DNA from: an uncultured delta proteobacterium
GTDB taxonomy: Bacteria; Desulfobacterota; RBG-13-43-22
Direction of reading: 5' to 3'
Assembly (NCBI GenBank): GCA_963716045.1
Contig: CAVQSS010000025.1
Coordinates: 102,304-166,303 of the forward strand
Length of the DNA: 64,000 bases
Shown piece by piece: positions 31,414-40,740 of this stretch (position 1 is the first letter of the stretch; each line of letters starts with the position of its first letter). The position numbers and the translations under genes are program-made. The notes beneath the pieces were generated by a model. The model worked only from the letters and a program-made list of their open reading frames with translations. It was not told where the DNA came from and searched no databases.

Positions 31414-31633
31414 ACAGGTCCTCACGGGCTGGATATTTTTCTTTCGCCTTCTTAAGCGCCTGAGGGGGTTGCGCCAGGTATCGGTCCCTGGCCTTTTCAT
31501 AGGTTTGGTCGACCAGCATTTTTTCTTTGAGCATTTGCCCCACCAGGCGGGAAACGCTGATATCCAGTTCCGCCGCCCTGACCCTGGCCCACCGGGCAAC
31601 CTCTTCCTCCATGGTAATGGTTACATTTTTCAT
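31397..31633 (-). CDS. RHH/CopG-type antitoxin (VapB)
   Basis: ATG 31633: MKNVTITMEEEVARWARVRAAELDISVSRLVGQMLKEKM...; overlaps the PIN start. Confidence 0.6.
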   Translation of the reverse strand: MKNVTITMEEEVARWARVRAAELDISVSRLVGQMLKEKMLVDQTYEKARDRYLAQPPQALKKAKEKYPAREDLYERRQ

Positions 31634-31826
31634 GTCACAATTATAGTGTTCCACTGTTTTCGTGTCAACAAAAATCCATTGGGCAGACTTTCTGTCTTCT
31701 GACTCCGTATCTCATATGAAACCCCCATGCCCGGGGCGGGCACCCACGGACCCCTCGAACCCTGTTCTAGGTTTTTTTCGTATTGATTTGTCCAAATTTT
31801 TTTATAATCTGCTAAAATGAGCGTTT

Positions 31827-33063
31827 ATGGAACCCTTATTTGAACCCGGTCGGATAAACAGCCTGACCCTGAAGAACCGTTTCGTGCGCTCGGCCACCTG
31901 GGAGGGAATGGCGGCCGAGGATGGGTCGGTTACCGCTCCCCTGATCGACCTCTATAGCACTCTGGCCGATGGCGGGGTGGGTCTGATCATCACCGGCCAC
32001 AGCTATGTCCACCCCTCGGGGAAACATTCGCCCCGGCAACTCGGCAGTTATTCGGACGACCTGATCCCCGGACTTCAGGAATTGACCCGGGCCGTCCATG
32101 ACCGGGAGGGCCGGATCGTAATGCAACTGAATTACGGGGGGGCCTATCTCTCCCGGTCCCGGGTGGGCCAAATGACCCCGGAGGATATCCGGGCGGTCGG
32201 CGCGGCCTTTGCCCGGGCCGCCCGCCGGGCAGAGCAGGCCGGGTTCGACGGGGTTCAGATCCTGGCCGCCCACGGTTTCTTTCTGAGTCAACTCCTTTGT
32301 CCCCGGTACAATCCCCGCACCGATGCATACGGCGGTTCGATTGAAAACCGGGCCCGGGCCCTGGTGGAGGTGGTTGAGGCCGTCCGAGGACGGATTAAAC
32401 CCGAATACCCCCTCTTGGTGAAAATCAACAGCCGGGACCTGATCGAGGACGGACTTCGGCTGGAGGAATCCCTCCAGGTAGGCCGAAGGCTGGAGGCGGC
32501 CGGCGTCGATGCCCTGGAGATCAGCGGCGGCCTGTTAAATTTGCCCAACCTGCTCCAGGATAAAGACACCGCCGCGGAGGACTTTCCCTTTTTCCGAGAC
32601 GAAGCCCGGGCCTTTAAGCGGCAAATCCAACTCCCGGTGATCTTGGTGGGCGGGATCCGTTCTTTCCCCACCCCCGGAACGCCTCCTGGAAGAAGGGACC
32701 GCCGATTTCATCGCCCTCTGCCGGCCCCTGATCCGGGAGCCGGATTTGATCAACCGCTGGCAAAGGGGCGACCGGCAAAAAGCCGCCTGCCTTTCCTGCA
32801 ATAACTGCGTGGAACAGTTAAAGCAGGGGGGCGGCCTGGCCTGCCGGCCTCTGGAGCCTCAGGAAAAGGAGACCTTCTTTGCCCAGAAAACGGAATCCCT
32901 TCCGGCCGGCCCGCCCTTTCCGCCCACAATTTCCTATCAGGTGTCCTTCGGCCTGGAGGAGTGGGACGGAAATTTTCTCCCGGTGATCAAAGTTCAGATG
33001 GTCAAAGACGGAAAGGTCCTGAATGGGCGGCGTATCCTTCCCGTCCGGGACCGACGATTTTGA
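31827..33063 (+). CDS. Old-Yellow-Enzyme family NADH:flavin oxidoreductase (2,4-dienoyl-CoA-reductase-like) with a 1-nt indel in the C5 run at 32671-32675
   Basis: MEPLFEPGRINSLTLKNRFVRSATWEGMA...HGFFLSQLLCPRYNPRTDAYGGSIENRAR...VILVGGIRSF. Removing one C restores ...PTPERLLEEGTADFIALCRPLIREPDLINRWQRG... (ORF 32746..33063), the conserved OYE C-terminus. Confidence 0.75.
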
Positions 33064-33120
33064 AAAAATCAGCCAAATAGTCAAAAATATTGTTTAAAAG
33101 GAATTTGTCGATTGACAGGC

Positions 33121-33214
33121 GGGCGGGGATAAACGGCTCGACTGAGCTCGCCGAAGCCCCGCCCCTACGCGAGTCCCCCGTTTGGAGAGGTAGGGGCGGG
33201 GTTTATCCCCGCCC
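33121..33214. repeat. MITE-like element family B (GGGCGGGGATAAAC ... GTTTATCCCCGCCC inverted termini)
   Basis: gggcggggataaacggctcgactgagctcgccgaagccccgcccctac...gtaggggcggggtttatccccgccc. Confidence 0.7.
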
Positions 33215-33267
33215 GAAAACCCCCCATATTTCAATAAAAAAATAGTCCGGGGAATTAAAAAAAATGC

Positions 33268-33296
33268 TTGACATCAACCGCTTAACCGGTTAAATT
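33268..33296 (+). promoter_or_regulatory. Sigma70-like promoter (TTGACA-17-TAAATT) upstream of the porin gene
   Basis: TTGACA at 33268-33273, 17-nt spacer, TAAATT at 33291-33296; GGAGAGAAGAG SD before ATG 33429. Confidence 0.45.
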
Positions 33297-33428
33297 CTTG
33301 GCTAAATTTGGGAAAAAAATAACAGGGAGGGGAGGTGGTCATCGGCTGGCGCTGAAAAGATAAGTGATAACAAAGGGTTTGTTTACTTAATGAGAAAAGA
33401 ATAACCTTCAACAAGGAGAGAAGAGACA

Positions 33429-34619
33429 ATGAAAAAAACTTTACTTTTCGCATTGGTCTTGGGCTTGGCCGTAATGTTTGCCGTACCGGCTTTCGCTTTC
33501 AAGATCGAGAGCGGCAAAGACACCAGTTTTTATTTTGGAGCCCTGGCCTATACGGATCTCGGTGCCTGGAATCGCAGCAAGGAATTGGCACCGGGCGGCA
33601 AATCCGATAGAACCGAGTTAATCTTTGACGTTCCCCGACATTCCCGGATCCGCGGAAACCTGGACGTGGGCAATGTAGGCGCCTATTTTGAAGTCCGCTT
33701 GGGTGGTGACCAGCAACTAAGTAATTCCGGTTCCGGCGGCTGGTCAAGCTCCGGCTACTATTTTGCTGAAAGCGCCAAACTCTATGGGTATTATAAGTTT
33801 GGGAATTGCATCTTACTGGCCGGCAAGACCGACGGTCACTTTTTTTCTACGGTCGCTTATCAGAACTTAGGTTTCAATAACAATAACCACATCGCCGGTT
33901 TCGGCTGGGGCTCCGTTTATGATCAACGGAACGCCCAGGTTCGTTTCTCCCAGGATATTTCCAAGGCCTTCGGGTACGACCTTTCTATAGTCCAGCCCCA
34001 ATACTATCAGGATAACGGGCTTCTGGGAACCGCTGGCGCCTAACAATCCCTGGGCACTTTCCCTCTGACTGCCCTTAAAATGCGCATGAACTTTGGTGCG
34101 GTATCCCTGATGCCGGCCGGCTATGTTCAATACGTCAAATGGAATGATTTACCGACCACCCCCCTGGCTACCAACCCGGATGACAACATGACCTCTTGGG
34201 CCGTGGTGTTACCGGTCGTGGTCAAGGCCGGGGCCTTTACGGGCACCTTCCAGGCTCTCTACGGACAGAACACCGGTTCCGCTCTTTCTCCGGTTGGGGG
34301 CCCGTTGGCCCTGCAGAGCACCTATTGGGGTTATCGGAGATCGCTTAACGGGAACGTCAAGAACAGCACCGGCTGGAACGGTTTTATGGACTTGGCCTTC
34401 ACCGCCGGCGCGGTTACGCCTCACTTCTATTTGGGCTATGATTATGTCGAAAACGACGTATTTGTCGGCTCCGACAAGAACAACGTCCGCCAGATGTATG
34501 GTGTGGGCGTCAACTGGAAGATCGCCGAAAGCTTCTACGTAGTCCCGGAATTCACCTACTATAACTATGGGAAGAACCCGCTCCTGCCCAAAAACCCCGA
34601 CCTGGGCACGGAATGGTAG
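33429..34619 (+). CDS. Outer-membrane porin-like beta-barrel protein with an in-frame TAA at 34041-34043
   Basis: Signal peptide MKKTLLFALVLGLAVMFAVPAFA. ORFs 33429..34043 and 34080..34619 are in the same frame, separated only by the TAA. C-terminal ...PDLGTEW (aromatic terminus) and alternating beta-strand pattern. Confidence 0.55.
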
Positions 34620-34736
34620 GCCGGCGTTCAGTTCCAGTTTGTATTCTAACCTGATTCTAATTGAAACCCGGGGAAGGAGAAGCCTTAGGGCCTTTCCTTC
34701 CCCCCGAAAATCAAATCTTACTAATTATGAGGTGAT

Positions 34737-35123
34737 ATGATGCACGGAATCAAAAAGTTATTACCGGCTGTATTGTTGGTCGTATTTCTGTTGATCCCCC
34801 TGGTGGTCAACGCAGAAACGATCAAGGGAAAAATTGAAGGGTTGTCTTGTCTCCTGAAAGGGTACCTCTGCCCGCTGGATAAAGCCGACCCGATGATCAA
34901 CCTGGAAAAAGATTTTGTGTTGGTAACGGCCGACGGGAAATATTATTACCTGTCGAATATCGGCCTGGGCCTTAAAGCCCGGCATGCCCTGGAAGTGGTC
35001 GAGGCAACCGGAACCGTGAATGAAAAATACAAAAGCATGAATGTCGACACGCTCAGCGTGGGCGGCAAGGTGGTCTGGAGCAAAAAGGCTGAAGAGGAAA
35101 TGATGAAGAACTTACAGCCCTAA
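34737..35123 (+). CDS. Small secreted protein, hypothetical (two Cys)
   Basis: Signal peptide MMHGIKKLLPAVLLVVFLLIPLVVNA; 128 aa. Confidence 0.55.
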   Translation: MMHGIKKLLPAVLLVVFLLIPLVVNAETIKGKIEGLSCLLKGYLCPLDKADPMINLEKDFVLVTADGKYYYLSNIGLGLKARHALEVVEATGTVNEKYKSMNVDTLSVGGKVVWSKKAEEEMMKNLQP

Positions 35124-35153
35124 TTGATCCAAAGTTCAATTAATCCTTATTAA

Positions 35154-35185
35154 GGCGGCGGTTCACCCCGCCGCCTTTTTTTTCT
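35154..35185 (+). terminator. Rho-independent terminator
   Basis: ggcggcgg-ttcacc-ccgccgcc stem-loop followed by T8. Confidence 0.6.
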
Positions 35186-35222
35186 TTTTACCTCAACACC
35201 CTTCCTTCTTTGGGGAGACCCC

Positions 35223-36275
35223 ATGAACCGTTTAATGAACCGACGGGCCTTTATCCAGGGACTGGGTATCCTGAGTGCCGGCTGGACCGTCAAAGGCTGG
35301 ACCGCTCCGCTGAAACCATCCCCTTTTCCTCCTCCCTCTCTCAAACCTCCGAGACCAGAAACCTGATGGGAACCTTTGTCACCATTACGCTCCTTCATCC
35401 CTCTCGTGACCAGGCCCAGGCCGTCCTCGGTGCGGCCTTTCAGCGCATGGACGGCGCTGATCCGCCTGTTTGACCGCCATGATCCCGGATCGGCATTGAG
35501 TGTTTTAAACGAAAAGGGGAGCCTTTCCGATCCCCCCCCGGAACTCCTGAAGCTGCTCGGGCGTTTCATGGCGATCCATGCCCGGACCGGGGGGCTCTTT
35601 GAGGTAACCATCAAGCCCGTGTTGGACCTTTATGAATCCGCAAAGGAAGGGGGCCGCCTGCCCGCGGCCCCGGCTATACGGGAGGCCTTGAGCCGGGTGG
35701 GAGCTGCCGGACTGGAAATCAGTCCCCAAAAAATCGCTTTGTGAAAAGAAGGCATGGGGATCACCCTCGACGGAATAGCCAAAGGATACATTGTCGATGA
35801 AACCATCGCCTTCATCCGGCAGAAGGGGATCCGGCACGCCCTGGTTGATGCGGGGGGCGACCTCAGGGTCATGGGGGGGCGAGCCGACGGTTTGCCCTGG
35901 CGTATCGGCGTTTATGATCCTGCCGGCGAGACAAAACCGCAAGAGTCGATTTTTCTGCGGGAGGGTGCGGTCGCCACCTCGGGAAACTATATGGTCTTCT
36001 TTGACCGGGAAAAGGTCCATCATCATATTCTCTCTCCCGAAACCGGAACCTCGCCACCCTGGGCGACGGGAACCACGGTCATTGCCCCTTCAGCCGAAAC
36101 GGCCGATGCCCTGGCCACCTCGCTTATGCTGTTCAGCCCGGAAAAGGGCCTGGCCTTTATAAACCGCCAGGAGCGTCTGGCGGCCTTGGTCCTGCACAAG
36201 GAAGGGAAGAAAATGCCTTCCAGCAGATGGCCTCGAAATAACCCCACGAGAGGAGGAAGAACCGACCATGTCTAA
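35223..36275 (+). CDS. apbE: FAD:protein FMN transferase ApbE with Tat signal, fragmented over at least 4 frames by homopolymer indels
   Basis: ATG 35223: MNRLMNRRAFIQGLGILSAG (twin-arginine); then MGTFVTITLLHPSRDQAQ.. / LSVLNEKGSLSD..GGLFEVTIKPVLDLYE.. / GITLDGIAKGYIVDETIAFIRQKGIRHALVDAGGDLRVMG..WRIGVYDP..AVATSGNYMVFF..HHILSPETGTSP..TVIAPSAETADALATSLML, colinear with ApbE. Confidence 0.7.
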
Positions 36276-36849
36276 AAGATCCGTTCTTATCCCGGTCCTT
36301 TTGGGACTGGGGATGCTTTTATCTTTATCCGGAGGGCTGAACGATCTCCAAGCCCAGGGGAAAAAGTTCATTCAAAAGGGGGCCGCCTTTCCGGAAATCG
36401 CCCTCAAAGCCCAGGCCAAGGACAAGGCTTACCTGGGAATTTCCGGAGGCGATTTTAAGGTCAAGGACCTGAAGGCCGAGGTCATTCTGGTGGAGATATT
36501 TGACGTCTATTGTCTGCCCTGTCAAAAACAGGCGCCCCTCTACAAGCAGCTTTACGGTTTGATTCAATCGAATCCGGCCGCCAGGGAAAAAATCAAGATG
36601 ATCGGGATCGCTACGGGGAATGAAGATGCGGAGATCAAGAAATTTCAAGATCATTTCCAGATACCCTATCCGGTTATTTCCGATCCAAAATTCCTCCTCC
36701 ATGAGGCGGTGGGAGGACCCCCGGCCCCCTTTTCCATTATTGTGAGAAGAGACCCGGGGGGGAAATCCCTCCTGGTGGCCGACACGCATCTGGGCTTAAA
36801 CAGCGACATGCAGGGACTGTTCAAGCAGTTGCAGTCTCTGGTGCGTTAG
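36268..36849 (+). CDS. Periplasmic TlpA-like thioredoxin-fold protein (CxxC)
   Basis: Signal peptide; FDVYCLPCQKQAPLY; start overlaps the apbE stop. About 60% identical to the N-terminal half of the next gene, including the conserved ribosome-binding-site region. Confidence 0.75.
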   Translation: MSKRSVLIPVLLGLGMLLSLSGGLNDLQAQGKKFIQKGAAFPEIALKAQAKDKAYLGISGGDFKVKDLKAEVILVEIFDVYCLPCQKQAPLYKQLYGLIQSNPAAREKIKMIGIATGNEDAEIKKFQDHFQIPYPVISDPKFLLHEAVGGPPAPFSIIVRRDPGGKSLLVADTHLGLNSDMQGLFKQLQSLVR

Positions 36850-36924
36850 GGGGACGTCGGCACCGGCCCCTCAGCCCAAATGGAGTTGCCCTGAGCTGGT
36901 CCCGACGTTGCTCAGATCGGGTAT

Positions 36925-36957
36925 GGATTCCCGCCCAAAATCGATAGGGGAATGACG
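36925..36957 (-). repeat. REP-like element fragment
   Basis: ggattcccgcccaaaatcgataggggaatgacg. Confidence 0.5.
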
Positions 36958-36968
36958 AGAGTTTTTTG

Positions 36969-37073
36969 GTGAGGGGAAGGGTTTGTCCCCTCCCGCACCT
37001 ACTGAACCCTTGATTCCCAAGACCGGGAGGGGATTAACGGCTCGACTGAGCTCGCCGAAGTCCCCTCCCCTAC
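36969..37073. repeat. MITE-like element family B
   Basis: ggtgaggggaaggg...gggaggggattaacggctcgactgagctcgccgaagtcccctcccctac. Confidence 0.65.
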
Positions 37074-37117
37074 ACCATGAGTCAGGCCCGTGCGTGACCA
37101 GGGAAGGAAGAACCCTC

Positions 37118-38239
37118 ATGTCTAAAAGATCCGCTTTTATCCCGATCCTGTTGGGAATAGGGATACTTATATTATTTTCCGGATGGCTGACCGCTATCCA
37201 GGCGCAGGAAAAGACCTTGATCAAGGGGGGGGACCCCTTTCCGGAAGCTGCCCTGAGAACCCCGGATCAGGCCAAGGACAGGGCCTATCTGGGGATTTCC
37301 GGGGGCGATCGTTTCGCGATCAAAGATCTGAAGGCCAAGGTCGTTTTGGTGGAAATTTTAAATGTCTATTGCGTGGCCTGTCAAAACCAGGCCCCCCTCT
37401 ACAACCAGCTATTTGCTTTAATCCAATCGAAACCGGAAACCAGGAACCAGATTAAAATGATCGGAATCGCCGTGGGAAATGACGACGAGGAGGTTAAGAG
37501 CTTTCGAGATCATTTCCAGATACCCTATCCCATTATTTCCGATCCCCAGTATGTCCTCCACGCGGCGGTGGGAGGAGGGCCGACTCCCTTTTCAATTATC
37601 GTCAGAAGGGATCCCCGGGAAAAATCCGCCCTGGTGGCCGACGCCCACTTGGGCGTCAATAAAGATTATCAAGGACTGCTCCGGCAGATGAAAACTCTGG
37701 CGCGGATGAGTCCGGCGGCTATTCGGGAAAAAGAACGAAATACCAAGGCCCGGGTCATAAGTCTCAAGCCCCCCCTCAGTGAAGAAGAGATTCAAGCCAA
37801 GGTGAAGGAGGCCTTTATCGAAGGAGGGGGGCGACTATCCGGCTTCGAGAAGGTTTCCCTGAAGAAAGGAAAGGGGATTTATACGGGGGTCGTCGAAAAA
37901 AACGGGGGAAGCCGGCGCCTCTTTGCCCAGGTGGTCAGCGAATTACCCACTTGTGACGTCTGCCATGATACCCATTTTATTTACACCTTCGAGACCGGGG
38001 GGAAGATTCTCCAGTTCATCCCCATTCAATTGTCCAAGTGGGGGAATGAGGATTGGGATGAGGCCGACATTTCCAAGATGCGGCAAAAGATTGTGGGACG
38101 ATATATATACCATCCTTTCGCCTTCAAAGCCAAGGTCGACGCGGTCACTACGGCCACCATTACCTCGGCCGCTATCTATAGGGGTCTGAATGAAGGGCAG
38201 GTCATTTTTCGGGAACTCAAGGCCAGGGGTTTGATTTAA
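37118..38239 (+). CDS. TlpA-like thioredoxin fused to a C-terminal FMN-binding (FMN_bind) domain; predicted ApbE flavinylation substrate
   Basis: ATG 37118; signal peptide; LNVYCVACQNQAPLY (CxxC); C-terminus CDVCHDTHF...KAKVDAVTTATITSAAIYRGL matches the NqrC/RnfG D-x-x-[ST]-G-A-[ST] flavinylation motif. Confidence 0.75.
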   Translation: MSKRSAFIPILLGIGILILFSGWLTAIQAQEKTLIKGGDPFPEAALRTPDQAKDRAYLGISGGDRFAIKDLKAKVVLVEILNVYCVACQNQAPLYNQLFALIQSKPETRNQIKMIGIAVGNDDEEVKSFRDHFQIPYPIISDPQYVLHAAVGGGPTPFSIIVRRDPREKSALVADAHLGVNKDYQGLLRQMKTLARMSPAAIREKERNTKARVISLKPPLSEEEIQAKVKEAFIEGGGRLSGFEKVSLKKGKGIYTGVVEKNGGSRRLFAQVVSELPTCDVCHDTHFIYTFETGGKILQFIPIQLSKWGNEDWDEADISKMRQKIVGRYIYHPFAFKAKVDAVTTATITSAAIYRGLNEGQVIFRELKARGLI

Positions 38240-38285
38240 GCGCCCGGCCGCCCGGCGGGGGGCGGATCCCTTTCCTACCTCCCGT

Positions 38286-39362
38286 CTAATGGCCCTCCGC
38301 CAGCGGCAGCCGGATGGTAAACGTCGTTCCCCTTTCCGGTGAACTGGAGACCCGAAGGTCGCCGTTGTGATTTCTAATGATCCCGTAGCTGATGGCCAGA
38401 CCTAATCCCATTCCCAACCCTTCGGTGGAATCCTTGGTGGTAAAAAAAGGGTCGAAGATCTTATCCTGGACCTCCTCGGGGATCCCGGGCCCGGTGTCGC
38501 TAAGATCCACTTCACACCAGCCGGGGACTTTTCGAGTACGGATGGTCAGGGTACCGGAGCCCTTCATGGCCTCGACGGCATTAAAGATGATGTTTAAAAA
38601 GACCTGCTCCAGCCGGCCTTCATCCACCATAACCTTCGGGATATTCGACTCGTATTTCTTAATCAGGTTGATGCCGAAAAAACGTTCCTGATGGACGATG
38701 ATTTCCAGCGTGGTGTCCAGTATCTTATCGATCCTCTGGGGCTTTTTCTGCATGGGCGTTTCCCGGCCGAAATCCAGGACTCCCTGGACGATCCTCTTGA
38801 TGCGGGTGGTTTCCCGGACGATCAATTCCAGATCCAGGCGGGTCGGTTCGTCGTCCTTAAACTTTTTAAGCAGCAAATGAGCGAAGGTCAGCACCCCGGT
38901 CAGGGGCTGGTTGATCTCATGGGCAATCCCGGCCGCCAGCTTGCCTAAAGAGGATAGTTTTTCTGTCCGTAAAAGCTGCTTTTCCAACTCCCGCTTCTCC
39001 CGTAGATCGGTGAATAGCCCAACCGAACCGATTTCCTTGCCCTCATCGTAAAGGATCGAAGCGGAGATATAGACCGGGATCTCCCAGCCGTTCTTATCCA
39101 GCAGGAGCGATTCCCTTTTCTCCAGTATGCCGGGCCCGCCGTATTCTTCGGACCGCAAATCCTTCATAATCATCCTGGCCTGGCCGAAAGGGTAGATGTT
39201 CGATATGTTTCGCATGATGATCTCGTCCTTCCGGTAGCCCAAAAGCTTTTCCGCCGCCCGGTTGAAGATGATGATCTCCCCTCCCTTGCGGATGGCCACG
39301 ATGGCATCCGGAGAATTTTCGATGATATTGGACCAGAATTTGGGATAGTTTTTGATATCCAT
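38286..39362 (-). CDS. Cytoplasmic PAS-domain sensor histidine kinase
   Basis: PAS N-terminus; H-box AAGIAHEINQPL; N/G boxes NAVEAM..DTGPGIP..GLGMGL. Confidence 0.85.
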   Translation of the reverse strand: MDIKNYPKFWSNIIENSPDAIVAIRKGGEIIIFNRAAEKLLGYRKDEIIMRNISNIYPFGQARMIMKDLRSEEYGGPGILEKRESLLLDKNGWEIPVYISASILYDEGKEIGSVGLFTDLREKRELEKQLLRTEKLSSLGKLAAGIAHEINQPLTGVLTFAHLLLKKFKDDEPTRLDLELIVRETTRIKRIVQGVLDFGRETPMQKKPQRIDKILDTTLEIIVHQERFFGINLIKKYESNIPKVMVDEGRLEQVFLNIIFNAVEAMKGSGTLTIRTRKVPGWCEVDLSDTGPGIPEEVQDKIFDPFFTTKDSTEGLGMGLGLAISYGIIRNHNGDLRVSSSPERGTTFTIRLPLAEGH

Positions 39363-39426
39363 AGGTTCAGTTGGCCCTTAGTATGTAAATAAAGTCGAAC
39401 ATCGCTTTCAGGCCTTTTTTCCGGGT

Positions 39427-39517
39427 CGTCATACCGGACTCGATCCGGTATCCAGGATTTTTCCAGAGCTTATCCGAGGCTGGATTCCGGATCGCGCTTC
39501 GCTTGTCCGGAATGACG
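39427..39517 (+). repeat. REP-like element, divergent variant
   Basis: cgtcataccggactcgatccggtatcc...ggattccggatcgcgcttcgcttgtccggaatgacg. Confidence 0.55.
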
Positions 39518-39722
39518 AATCTTCGTTAATCCTTATTTTCATGCTTCGTGGGTGCCCCGCGGGGCATGGGTGTTCAGTATGAAAATAAAAACCGGGTCCT
39601 GGGTTCGAGTGTGGGGAGGGAGGAGATTCTGTCCAAAAAAGAATCGTTGGCCTTGCTTCAGCTTACTCCTATTCGATTTGGTGACAGAAAAATAAGGAAC
39701 CGAGAAGCGGCCGGCAGACGGT

Positions 39723-40679
39723 CTAAGTCCAACCGTCTTCAAAATAATCAACCAGATCGCCGCGCAAGGTCTCGTATTTATTTTTCATGTCTTCATAGGA
39801 GCGGGCATTTTCAATGGCCAGGGCGGCCTGATCCGCCAGTCCGTGAAGGAACTTGAATTCCTCCGGGGAAAAATGGTGGGCCGAGGCCGTATAAATTCGC
39901 AGCGCCCCGATGAGTTCCTGCTTGATCAACAAAGGGACGCTCAAGATGGAGGTAATGCCCTCCTTCACGGCATCTTGGGGGTATTGGACCCGGTTATCCT
40001 TGGTGACGTCCGGAATATAGAGGTCTTGACCGCTTTTGATCATCTCCCCCAGGCTGCGGGCGGAATCGATCGGCCCCTTTTCCAAATATTTTTGGGTCAG
40101 CCCCTGGTAGGCCACCACCTTCAGTTGATCCCGTTTCTTATCCAGAAGACTGATAGTGCAGCCCTTAACTCCCATCCCTTTGGCGACCCCGGCGGCGATC
40201 AGGTCCAGGACCTCCTGGAGATTCAAAGAAGAGGAGATTCTTCGTTTGAGTTCTTCAAAGACCGCCTGGCCCTCCCGCCTGGATAAAAGGGCTTTGCGAT
40301 CCTCAATTAATTTCCCGACCAGGTTCAGTATTATTTCCTCGGCCACTGGCTTTTTAAGGTAATCCCGAGCGCCCAACTTCATGGCTTTGACGGCCGAATC
40401 CACATCCGGGAAGGCAGTCAAGACCACCAGGGCCAGGGTCGGATCCAACTTGCCCACCGATTCCATGACCTGGAAGCCGTCCAACCCCTCCTGCGCGTCT
40501 AAACGCCATTCAATTATCAACAAATCGAAATCTTTTTCCTTGAATAACGCCAGGGCCTCCTTGCCGGTCCGACAAACGGCCGTCTGGTACTGCCGGGCTT
40601 CCAGGTTCCTCGCCAATTCATCCGCCCCAAGCGGTTCACTGTCCAGGATTAGAATTTTCCCTTTGCTGATTGCTGACAT
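39723..40679 (-). CDS. Response regulator, receiver + GAF domain
   Basis: KILILDSEPLGADELARNL...DLLIIEWRLDAQEG (REC) followed by a GAF domain. Confidence 0.8.
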   Translation of the reverse strand: MSAISKGKILILDSEPLGADELARNLEARQYQTAVCRTGKEALALFKEKDFDLLIIEWRLDAQEGLDGFQVMESVGKLDPTLALVVLTAFPDVDSAVKAMKLGARDYLKKPVAEEIILNLVGKLIEDRKALLSRREGQAVFEELKRRISSSLNLQEVLDLIAAGVAKGMGVKGCTISLLDKKRDQLKVVAYQGLTQKYLEKGPIDSARSLGEMIKSGQDLYIPDVTKDNRVQYPQDAVKEGITSILSVPLLIKQELIGALRIYTASAHHFSPEEFKFLHGLADQAALAIENARSYEDMKNKYETLRGDLVDYFEDGWT

Positions 40680-40740
40680 ATTGTTCTCCCGATTGAGAAT
40701 TGAAGATTAGCAGGGGCGACCGGCCGGTCGCCCCTGCAAC

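Noticed and set aside
39548-39856. 102-aa plus ORF
   Set aside because: Overlaps a REP variant and the response-regulator gene start; no ribosome-binding site; composition atypical.
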